From Trichodesmium erythraeum IMS101 (GTDB taxonomy: Bacteria > Cyanobacteriota > Cyanobacteriia > Cyanobacteriales > Microcoleaceae): 32,000 bases of DNA. Shown piece by piece: positions 17,086 to 26,306 of this stretch. Location: positions 5,880,001 through 5,912,000 of the forward strand of contig NC_008312.1 in assembly GCF_000014265.1 (NCBI RefSeq), written 5' to 3'. The first letter of the stretch is position 1, and the number at the start of each line of letters is the position of its first letter. Both the position numbers and the translations under genes were made by a program. Below the pieces are notes generated by a model that saw nothing but the letters and a program-made list of their open reading frames with translations, did no database searches and was not told the DNA's origin.

Positions 17086-19005
17086 GTGATGATAGAAACA
17101 AAACGAGCTATAGTCGTAGGAGCTGGATCGTCTGGTCTAATAGCAGCTAAAGAACTTTTAGATACTGGCTTAGACTTGACTATCTTAGAAAAGGAAGCAT
17201 CTTTGGGTGGTGTATGGCACAAATATTGCTGGAAGACTTCAACTCTCACTTCTTCCAAGTGGATGACAGAATATGGCTGTTACCCAGCACCAAAAGAATA
17301 TGCTGACTTTATGAAGCCAGAAGAAATGATGGAATATCTCAGCTCATTTACGAAGCATTATGGGTTAGAAGATAAAGTTCACTTTGGTGTACAAGTAAAA
17401 GCGATCGCTCGTAGCACAGATGGCAAATATGATGTAATTACTGATGGAGAAACTTACAGTGGCTACGATTATGTAGTAATTAGCACTGGATTACATGGTG
17501 AACCAGTTATTAGGGACGTTCCAGGAATAGAGAAGTTTACTGGTACTATAATGCACGGATTCAAATACAAAGACCCAGAAGCATTTCGGGACAAAAAAGT
17601 AGTGTGCATGGGTCTTGGTGAAAGTGGCATTGGTATTAGTTCTGAAATTAGCAGTGTAGCAGCTAAAACTGTTGTAGCAGCAGGTAATTTTAATTTTGCT
17701 CCCCGGGTTTATCCTTACAGTAATAAGCCTTTTGATCAAATCCAGTTCTGGCCAATGGGTCAATACATTAAGGACTACCAAGAATTATTAAGTGCCCAAA
17801 TGAGTTGGATTACTCGCCTACCAGAACCATTACGAACTGCTTATGCAAATATGCATCCCTGGTTACGCGATCTTCCTAAAGAATGGCTACCAACGGCTTA
17901 TGTTCCCCACTATTGGGCAGGTAAATACTGGCCTAAACCTAACAACAATTTTGGGGATATGAGTGGTAATTTGACCCGACCTAGTACTGCTCCTGATGAT
18001 ATTATATATTTGGTTCATAGTGGTAAGATTACAGCAAAGGGTAAGGTAGAGCGCTTTGATGAAACAGGAGTTTATTTCCCAGATGGCACCAGAGAAGAAG
18101 TTGATATGGTGGTAGCTAATACAGGGTTTAAGCCTGGAGCTGCTTTAATTGAGTTTCCTGATAACTGGCAATACCGACACCAAGAATTGTATAAAGGTTG
18201 TTTGCATCCTGATATGCCTAATCTAGCATTTGTAGGGTTTGTTAGACCTACTATCGGTTCTATCCCTGCTATGGCAGAAATGCAGTCACGGTTTGTCGCT
18301 CAAGTTTTCTCTGGTGGGTATAAGTTGCCAGAAAAAGAAAAATTGAAAAAACTAATTAAAAAAGAAGCTGATGCTCACGCTCGGAAAAATCCAAAGATGA
18401 CAGAGCGTTGGCCTCATATCTACTTTTTTGATCAATGGATGGAAGAAATGGCAGAACTACTTGGTACTCAACCTAAAATTTGGCAGCACCTAAGTTCTTG
18501 GAAGCAACTTCAGGGCTTTCTATTTGGGGCTCCGATGCCTATACGTTTTCGTCAATATGGCTCTGGAGTAGTTGCAGGTGCTAAGGAACGTTACGCTGAT
18601 AGGATTAATCAACTATATGGAACTCGCCCTCAGTCCTATATAATACCTTACCTGACAATTAGTCTTTTCTTCCCTTACATCTTATCTTTAATTATTTCTG
18701 CAGTTTGTTATTGGGGAGCTAACTTATCTCCATTAATTAGTATTGGTTCGGGTTTACTTTTCTATACTTTATATATGACAGTGGATTTATTCCGCTTTGT
18801 GGTAGGATTTTTACCGATCACATTACCTAGTCTAATGGCTCTAGAGCAAAGTCTGCCTTGGCGTAATTGTGACAATGATAGTATGATGTTTTTAATGTCT
18901 TTTCCTGAGAAAGATAGGATGAATTATGCTAATCCTAGAGTCTTTGAAAATGACGGGCTTCCTAAAAGTGAACTATTAGACCGTGAAATAGCTGTTAAAA
19001 ATTAA
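17086..19005 (+). CDS. FMO-type flavin-containing monooxygenase (class B) with a C-terminal multi-helix membrane anchor
   Basis: GTG 17086 or ATG 17089 is the start. Motifs: FAD fold VVGAGSSG, GGVW, FMO fingerprint FTGTIMHGFKY (17536-17568, FxGxxxHxxxY), NADPH fold GLGESG (17611-17628). The hydrophobic region spans 18637-18843 (about three helices). Confidence 0.85.
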   Translation: MMIETKRAIVVGAGSSGLIAAKELLDTGLDLTILEKEASLGGVWHKYCWKTSTLTSSKWMTEYGCYPAPKEYADFMKPEEMMEYLSSFTKHYGLEDKVHFGVQVKAIARSTDGKYDVITDGETYSGYDYVVISTGLHGEPVIRDVPGIEKFTGTIMHGFKYKDPEAFRDKKVVCMGLGESGIGISSEISSVAAKTVVAAGNFNFAPRVYPYSNKPFDQIQFWPMGQYIKDYQELLSAQMSWITRLPEPLRTAYANMHPWLRDLPKEWLPTAYVPHYWAGKYWPKPNNNFGDMSGNLTRPSTAPDDIIYLVHSGKITAKGKVERFDETGVYFPDGTREEVDMVVANTGFKPGAALIEFPDNWQYRHQELYKGCLHPDMPNLAFVGFVRPTIGSIPAMAEMQSRFVAQVFSGGYKLPEKEKLKKLIKKEADAHARKNPKMTERWPHIYFFDQWMEEMAELLGTQPKIWQHLSSWKQLQGFLFGAPMPIRFRQYGSGVVAGAKERYADRINQLYGTRPQSYIIPYLTISLFFPYILSLIISAVCYWGANLSPLISIGSGLLFYTLYMTVDLFRFVVGFLPITLPSLMALEQSLPWRNCDNDSMMFLMSFPEKDRMNYANPRVFENDGLPKSELLDREIAVKN

Positions 19006-19074
19006 TTATTGGGTTCGTCGATCTCATTCAATATTATTGGTTATGGCCTCATACATCGGTCTGCTAAGATAATG

Positions 19075-19120
19075 TATAAATACCTGTTAGGATTATCAAT
19101 AATCTTTACAGGTATTTATA
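19075..19120. repeat. 13-bp perfect inverted repeat (hairpin), possible terminator of the FMO gene
   Basis: TATAAATACCTGT (19075-19087) pairs with ACAGGTATTTATA (19108-19120) around a 20-nt loop that can partly pair itself. No T tract follows. Confidence 0.45.
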
Positions 19121-19215
19121 ATTAATGAGGCGATCGACTACTAGAGATTTCCTTATCCACTTTTTGGACATTATTTAAGTTTTTACAACACAAAAAATAG
19201 AAAGTAAGTATTATT

Positions 19216-19995
19216 ATGGCAAAACTACAGAAAGAAAAATTTAATCTAGATATAGATCAACCAGAAATATAAAATGAAGGCTATTTCAAAAATGATGATG
19301 ATTCACCAACAAAGCATCTATGGGATAGGAAAATATTGTCTTTGATTTGACTTTCCTATTGTGTTTCTTTTCCTAAGCTTTATACGGGTAAAGAAATATA
19401 TCTATCGAATTTAGCTACTAGAGCTGTTAAGAATACTTTCGAGAAGAAAAAAATTAAGAGGTTAACTGGAGAATGGGATATTCTCTGGTTTGTTAGTGTT
19501 GAGCGAAGATCAGTTTCTAATGTGGCAGATGGTACGATGTTTGTTGCTAAGTATAAGCTCTATAAAAGCATTAAGAGTAATGTTAAAGATGGCTTTAATA
19601 CTGATGATAGTGACAATAAAGATGATTATATTTTCAGATATGTCATTTCCATTGCTGGAACAAAGCCTTTCTCAATTTTTGCCGCTGTGTTTCAAGATTT
19701 AAGCATATTTAAAACTCGCCCTTAGAACAAACGTGAACCTTGGAGTAAGGCCATTAGAGATAAAACATTAAAAAACAATAAACCTACTATATCTTCAGGA
19801 ATTAGAAAAAGATTGAAACTTCTTTTAACAAATATTTAAGGTGCTTGTGGTACATTTGCCCAGTTTAATGCCAATTTATTAGATAATAACAACGTAGTGG
19901 AAATGATGAATTGGTATGTACAATTTGTTGATCAACATGTTGCCCAATACGAAAAATATTTAGAGATAGAAGAGTTTACCAAGGAGATGAGATAA
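19216..19995 (+). pseudogene. Internally deleted, stop-riddled paralogue of the lipase gene
   Basis: By-eye alignment, pseudogene/intact: LSYCVSFPKLY/IIYCISFPYSY, KRLTGEWDILW/KKLIGKWELVW, MFVAKY/LYIAKY, ISIAGTK/LSVAGTN, KPTISSGIRKRL/EPSISTGFTRTL. The tail aligns as MMNWYVQFVDQHVAQY/LMDWYMQFYFQHVDQY. In-frame stops occur at 19270, 19348 and 19723. The GHSLAG region is absent. Confidence 0.7.
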
Positions 19996-20217
19996 ATTAC
20001 TGATAAATTCTACAAAGGAATGAAGTATAGCTCGAAGAGGAGACTACAATAGGTACCTCTATCAATCACAAAAACTTTGTTTAAATTTGTTTTAGGGAAA
20101 TTTTATGGAATTCCCCTAAATTATTTTTTAGAAATGTCTCCAGGTCAAGAGGGAAAAGCCAAAAAGGATAATAAGAGTAATATTAAACTGTACTTTAATA
20201 TCTTCTTTTAGCTAACC

Positions 20218-21993
20218 TTAAATATTTAACTCTTTGCGTCCTAAGATTTTTGCACAAACTAATAAAACTTGGAAAATCAATCCTACAACAATTAATATTC
20301 CCACCCACTCCAAGTATGGTATATATGGGAACTTACTAACTATTTCATCAATCATTTGAATATTAATTGGCCGAATAATTTGAAAATAGTGTTGATAAAG
20401 GAATACATACAGTGCACCAAATTCAGCGACCAGCACTAGATAAGATGACCTCCTCAAAATCACTACCATTGAGAGAGCAAACTGATTAACTGTCAATTCA
20501 TAAGCATTTGTTCGCTTTCTAACTTCTGGCAAGACTAAATAATTATACTGATTAACAATATCTGAAGCTTGGTTAACCCATTTAAGAATATTCTCAGGAC
20601 GTAGATTATTTACTAAAGCACGACGCCGTGCTTGTTTGTTATACTTATTAATAACTTCAAAGACATCTATATCTGGCCATAGATATTGCAGTGAACCATC
20701 TAATGCTAGAACAGACCTAGTAAGTTTTAAAAAATCCCAGTTAGTAGGGATTTTATAACCAAAAGCTACATCAGTTACTCCTTTAATAGCTCCACCTAAA
20801 GATTTTTGCCGAAACGGTACTCCTTTAACTTGAGATCTGACATACCAGTTCTCAAACTGACGCCCCATCTCTACTCGCACTCTATCAATATCAACTTTAG
20901 GAATACCAACACCAAATCGAATATAGTAATCAGCTGCTTTGGTAAAATTTCCTTCCCCTAAACCATTAACATAATTCAAGTAAGTATTCCTTAATTCTGC
21001 TTCCAAAGAACCTGTACTACCATGATCAATGAGTACAAACTTGTTATTACGCAACAATATTATATTACCTGGATGTAAGTCAGCATGAAATAGATTGTCT
21101 TCAAATAGTTGTCGGAACAAGGACAAGTATAACCTTTCCCCAAGTTTGACTCTATCAATGTTATTTTCCTCCTCCCACTTCGCAGCTAGAGAACGTTGAC
21201 TTGCTAGGGCAGTAATATAGTCTGACATCATTACACCATTTATAAATTCCATTACCAAAATCCGACGTTTAGAATATTTTTCGTATATCTTTGGAACGAA
21301 AACTTTATGTTCTTTAAGGGACTTTCTCATCCTAATAGTACTGCTTGCTTCATATCTGAAATCTAGTTCTTCTTTAAAGGTTTTATCTAACTCTGCAATA
21401 AATTCACCCCAACCTAAATAAGTAGCAATATTCAAGAAAATTAATAGATTAACCAGACCCTTAATAACATTTAAATCTCGCTGGAAAGCATCTTCTAAAC
21501 CAGGACGCTGAACTTTCACGACTACAGGGATTTGTTTTTTACGCAAAACCGCAGTATGAACTTGAGCAATAGAAGCTGCTGCTAAGGGTTCCTCATCAAA
21601 AACGGCAAAAACTTTCTTCAAAGGAACACCCAATTCTGACTCAATAGTTGAGCGTACAATATCAAAAGGAAAACCAAGTGCTTCAGACTGTAAACTTTGT
21701 AAGGCATCACATATAGGTTCTGGTAAAATATCTGTTCGTAGTGCTAAAACCTGACCTGCTTTTACCCAAAAACCACCAAAATCTTCAAATATTTCTCGCA
21801 ATTGAGTTGCTGTTTTTTCCATATTTGCTTTGCCAGTAAATCTGCGCCACTGTAGGGCTAAAAAATAAATAATGAATCGCCGAATAACATAAGGAGTCGT
21901 GACTCGTCGCTTATCTATTTTTTCTACAATCTTTACTTTTTTCTTTTTCTTTTTCTCAATCAGCGGTGTTGGAATATATTTCTTGTTTAGCAT
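20218..21993 (-). CDS. ABC1/UbiB (AarF) family atypical protein kinase with C-terminal transmembrane helices
   Basis: AAASIAQVHTAVL...VVVKVQRPG, FHADLHPGNI and LIDHG motifs, plus a hydrophobic C-terminus (YLVLVAEFGALYVFLY, LEWVGILIVVGLIFQVLLV). Confidence 0.9.
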   Translation of the reverse strand: MLNKKYIPTPLIEKKKKKKVKIVEKIDKRRVTTPYVIRRFIIYFLALQWRRFTGKANMEKTATQLREIFEDFGGFWVKAGQVLALRTDILPEPICDALQSLQSEALGFPFDIVRSTIESELGVPLKKVFAVFDEEPLAAASIAQVHTAVLRKKQIPVVVKVQRPGLEDAFQRDLNVIKGLVNLLIFLNIATYLGWGEFIAELDKTFKEELDFRYEASSTIRMRKSLKEHKVFVPKIYEKYSKRRILVMEFINGVMMSDYITALASQRSLAAKWEEENNIDRVKLGERLYLSLFRQLFEDNLFHADLHPGNIILLRNNKFVLIDHGSTGSLEAELRNTYLNYVNGLGEGNFTKAADYYIRFGVGIPKVDIDRVRVEMGRQFENWYVRSQVKGVPFRQKSLGGAIKGVTDVAFGYKIPTNWDFLKLTRSVLALDGSLQYLWPDIDVFEVINKYNKQARRRALVNNLRPENILKWVNQASDIVNQYNYLVLPEVRKRTNAYELTVNQFALSMVVILRRSSYLVLVAEFGALYVFLYQHYFQIIRPINIQMIDEIVSKFPYIPYLEWVGILIVVGLIFQVLLVCAKILGRKELNI

Positions 21994-22506
21994 CCTATTA
22001 TATCTTAGACAAGACGTAGCTTTCTGTTTATAATTTTGAATTACAAATCTCTAGAAATCTAAATATAGTTTAGATTCAGCATATTTATAGATCAATTTAA
22101 TTGCAACAGTTCAATAATGAAAATAGTAAACATTCAGTTTTTTGGTAAAAATTAGTGAGTTCACTTATAGCAAACACCTCTCAAAGCTAATTCATAAACT
22201 TAGCTGTTGTTGCAGCATTCCCCAGGAAAGCTCTTATTTTACCTAGTGTTAAATTATTAAAGTTATAGTAAAGCATAACTAACAAAACACAATACTAGCA
22301 AGAAACTTATACTCTTAATATTTACTTAAAAATTAGCTATCGTATTTTGAGATCACGAATAGCTGAACAATTTAACTATCAACAATAAATCAGCAAACTA
22401 ACTTCCTATTCTTCCCTAGAGAAAAACCAAAAAGTTTATCACTAAATTATATTTATTATCATACTAACGATTGTCAGTAAAAAAAAAATAAATAATTAAT
22501 TAATTA

Positions 22507-22554
<48 letters not shown>

Positions 22555-24038
22555 TTAATATATAGTTATTATAGTAATTGTTTTTGATAAGGAAAACACT
22601 ATTATTCTGCTTTAACCAAACAAATTTATCTAAATAAATGCTTGACAAAAATTGATTAACCTTCTTATACATTAAAGAGTCTGAATTATCCGGAATAGTC
22701 ATCCCAGCAACTATACCAAGGTAAATCCAACCCAAGGAGTACTACTTAAAAAAATAACTTTATTAAACAAAAAATTTGGACTGGTCTTACTGCTTTCTTG
22801 ATATTTTCTAATGCCAGTCTAGGTTAGTGTTATGTCAGTATTTTCAGGGAAGGCCAAATTTATTGGCCGAACGAACCAATAGATAGAAGTTGAGAAACAA
22901 ATGATAATTCACACAAAACCCTTGCTAGCAGGCAAACAAATGTTATAATACTGTCTTTAAAATAGAATCCTCTACTTAAATAGGACCGAAAAACAGTAAA
23001 TAGACCAGATAATCTGATAATAATCTTTAGCTGTTCTTGATCAACGCTTTTTCCTAGTTTGAGAACAAATCTTTTGAAAAAATTCTAGATACTTCATCAC
23101 ACAAGGGATATAGTTTTTTTGAACCCATATTCTGTATAACAAAATGTAGTATTTAAAAGCCAAAAAAACTTGAGCAAATATTTATACTGTAAAAAAACTT
23201 TTTTCCTGTAACTAATTGTAAATTAAACTATCAGTATACTAAAGTATGAGGTATCAAGTAGAAACCTCTCCGTGCCTAAAGCTATGCTTTATCAACATTT
23301 TTCTTACAATTATGATTGACAAAAGTGGAAAAATTATGTCCTTTTCCTAAAGGAATACCAAAGAAAAGTAAATCTGTTTAAAAATAGGTTTATTCTAACT
23401 CTATAATTTGATTCTTCCCTTGCCCTCCTACTCCACATCTCCCTAAAATTTATGGGGCAGTAACATGGATAGTATTATAATCTAATTACCAGTTGACGAC
23501 CAAGCTCAAGTCTCAGAATTAGTAGCTCAATGCCAAATCAGCTAATAGCCTCAAAATTTATAATGTGTGCAATTAAGCTGATTTGATCTGAATTCCCAGA
23601 ATCATAAAAAAAGTTATGTTTCAACTCATAAAATTAATTCTGATGTAATTATTTCCTTTATAAGTACTTTTTTTCTACTATAAATAAACCTACAGTGATT
23701 ATTTTATATCAATCATATATCCACACAATTGATGATTATTGATGATTTTTGTAAAATAATTAACTTAATTTTTGATAATTGAATATCTCTATTCAGCTTT
23801 ATTGAACTTCTCTCCATTTCCCAAGATAGATATGCCAAATTTCCTAACCTTTTCCCTGTATTATTATGGGGTGCTGAATAGAAAATAGGGAGTTAAGAGT
23901 TCAAAAAACTTGTTTTTCAAGCATTATTTAACAGCATTATTTAGAAGATTTACAAGTATCTCTCACCTAAATATTTAGAGCTAAGAAGTTAATCCCTACA
24001 TCCTTGCCAAAATCCCTATTTTATCTCCTAATTTCAAG

Positions 24039-25364
24039 TTATAAATTTTTCTGTTTATCTTTTGCAAATTTCAATAATTCTTGAGCTTGTTGATAAAAAG
24101 TTGTTTCTGGTTTTACATTTTCTAACTGATTAATAATTTCTTGTAACTTACTAGCAAGTAAACCTCGATCAGAATTATTAATTGCAGACTTTTTCCAATC
24201 TGCAATTAAATCTTTACCCCGCTTAAAAGCTGTTCCTGAGTCCCTTTCTGCTTGTAATCGCATTTTCACATTAGCGAGGTTAAGCTGATATTCTGCTATT
24301 TTGCTCTGAGCTGCCAAATAACTAGGATTATCTGCTGATATTTTCTGTAATTGATTAATTGCTTGCTCCCATAAATCTACTATTACTTGCCATCGTTGAT
24401 CTGAATGGGGTCCATTTTGAGCAGCTTCAGCCGCCTTTAAACCAAATTTTTTTGCCACTTCTATAAAAGTGAAACTGAGTTTATTACCATCTGCTAAACC
24501 TACCTCTTTCTCAAAATCTCGTTTAGCTGCTGCTAATTGTGGTTGTGCTATTTTTTTAGCAACAGTAGTAGGTGGAATTTGTGCTAACCTATCTATTCCA
24601 CTTTGCCAGTTAGCGATCGCCTGCTGTTTTTCTGTTGAGGTTGTAGCTTCCAGATATTGTTGTTTAGCAGTGGCAATTGTTTGTTCCGCCTCCGCTAAGA
24701 ATGTTTGAGCATTGTTTTCTTGAAATACCTTTGCCTGCATTCGCCCTACCTGTTTTCTTGCGGTTTCAAATTCATCTAATGTGAATTTCCAAGAACAACT
24801 GAAAAACGTACAATATCTTTTAGGATAAAAATCTAAAAACCATACTGGCAATTCATTAAGATGCTTCTGTGCTAAAGCAACTTTATTAGCGCCTAAATTA
24901 ATATCTGCACTGGAAGTTGCTTTATTAATTAGTTGATCTGCTTGTTCAATATTAGCGATCGCTTCTCTATAGTTATAATCCATATTTATATAGCTTGGTA
25001 GCAAAACTATTGGTGCTACTCTAGACACAGGTTTACGAATCATGGGATAGGGTAAATTTGCTACCCAAACGATCCCTGCCATTCCCACTAATGCAGCAGG
25101 TATCCACATAATTTTACTTAATATTTTAGGTTGCTTATTTATTTTAATTGCTTTCTGAATAACTGTGTCACTAAAATTAGGAAATTGGTCTTTTACTATA
25201 TAACTTAATTCTTCTACTTTTAGGGTCTCTCCTGATTGAAATCGTAACTTATCCAGTCTTTTCATTACTATTTTTTTTCCCACTTCCCCAACCAAATCTT
25301 CTTTGGCACGTTTGTCAACTTCTACTTTTAATAGTTTATAGGCTCGGCTATTTAAACGTGACAT
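24039..25364 (-). CDS. Hypothetical single-pass membrane protein with a long alpha-helical, Ala/Gln/Lys-rich ectodomain
   Basis: I prefer the ATG at 25364 (MSRLNSRAYKLL) because AGAGGT lies 6 nt upstream. The track start at 25472 adds 36 unlikely residues. TM segment: IMWIPAALVGMAGIVWVANL. I recognise no catalytic motif. Confidence 0.7.
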   Translation of the reverse strand: MSRLNSRAYKLLKVEVDKRAKEDLVGEVGKKIVMKRLDKLRFQSGETLKVEELSYIVKDQFPNFSDTVIQKAIKINKQPKILSKIMWIPAALVGMAGIVWVANLPYPMIRKPVSRVAPIVLLPSYINMDYNYREAIANIEQADQLINKATSSADINLGANKVALAQKHLNELPVWFLDFYPKRYCTFFSCSWKFTLDEFETARKQVGRMQAKVFQENNAQTFLAEAEQTIATAKQQYLEATTSTEKQQAIANWQSGIDRLAQIPPTTVAKKIAQPQLAAAKRDFEKEVGLADGNKLSFTFIEVAKKFGLKAAEAAQNGPHSDQRWQVIVDLWEQAINQLQKISADNPSYLAAQSKIAEYQLNLANVKMRLQAERDSGTAFKRGKDLIADWKKSAINNSDRGLLASKLQEIINQLENVKPETTFYQQAQELLKFAKDKQKNL

Positions 25365-26306
25365 ATTTTTACCTCTAGATTTATTACTTATATTGTAACA
25401 TTTTGATGACTCATCAGTTAAATATCCAATTTCATATAATAGGAGATATACCCAATGTTTGCCTAACCTCAAAGCCTAATAATCACTTCCAAGAATATTT
25501 ATAATAGGAGGAAAAACAACCGATTAAATATGAATTTTTTGCCATCACTGGGAGAACTGGGAACTATTCGTCATAATGATATTGCAGTTAATTTTACTAC
25601 AATCTTCAAAAATTATCTGAGAGCTAAAGCATATAAAGAATGAATTGCATATGCTAAACTTAAATTTTCAGAAGTTAGATGTTTCTTTTTTCTCTCTGTT
25701 TCTTTGGGTGCAATTATTCATCCTCACCCTTTCTTGAGTATAATTAGGTATTGCTTAATTCAGGTGCACCCGAAAAATGATTCAATTCTCCCTCAGAATT
25801 TAGTATTTATTTTAGATATAACTCAGTGACAAAATCTAAGACCCCGTCTTTAAGGACTGAGTTTAATATGATAAAAAAACAGAACTTTACTAATACAAGT
25901 AAAATATTTTCATTCATAAAGTAACTAGTAATTTAACTGAATAAAAAGCAGTAATTCATCACTAAGCTCTGGATTTTATACGAATTTTTATCTGATAAAT
26001 TGAAGTGCAGAATGTGGGATATAACAATTATTAAAAAATTGCCTATAAGAGCTTTGACTCATTTAAGGTTTACCCCAGTTAAATAAATAGTTTTATGGCC
26101 CCTTATCCCCCTGATAGGTTGGACGAAGTTTCGTCTTATAAAGCCGAGCTAATTTATACACTAATATAAGCGCTTATGATTGAAATGACAAATAAATTTT
26201 AAATAATTTATTGATTTTTGTATTGTAAGGCTTTACAGCTATATCTATAAATTAAATAAAAAGTCAATATAATTTTCAACATCTACCACAATAACAAAAG
26301 CCTGTG

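Noticed and set aside
12408-17781. Nested ORFs 12408-12653(-), 14513-14698(+), 14990-15205(+), 17046-17258(-) and 17491-17781(-)
   Set aside because: They overlap the BVMO, lipase and FMO genes in other frames or on the opposite strand, and nothing supports them independently.
19490-19725. Track ORFs 19490-19702 and 19522-19725 as independent genes
   Set aside because: 19522-19725 is simply the longest open piece of the lipase pseudogene frame, and 19490-19702 is its out-of-frame shadow.
20090-20125. Imperfect hairpin TTAGGGAAATT...GAATTCCCCTAA between the pseudogene and the ABC1 kinase stop, as a bidirectional terminator
   Set aside because: The stem is only 6+4 bp with an internal mismatch, in AT-rich sequence. 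That is too weak to call.
25365-25472. N-terminal 36 residues of track ORF 24039-25472
   Set aside because: This is the upstream-most Met, with no SD and an implausible sequence (MRLGKHWVYLLLYEIGYLTDESSKCYN...). The internal ATG at 25364 has AGAGGT 6 nt upstream, so I shortened the CDS. This remains uncertain without homologues.
25530-25643. 37-codon plus-strand ORF (MNFLPSLGELGTIRHNDIAVNFTTIFKNYLRAKAYKE) downstream of an AGGAGG at 25507-25512
   Set aside because: The SD-to-ATG spacing is ~17 nt, too long to be functional. There is no other evidence, so I cannot support it as a gene.
25705-25770. GGGTGCA ... TGCACCC arms identical to the PKS terminator stem but 52 nt apart
   Set aside because: The 7-bp arms are too far apart for a stable simple hairpin, and GGTGCACC is itself a palindrome. 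This is probably coincidence.
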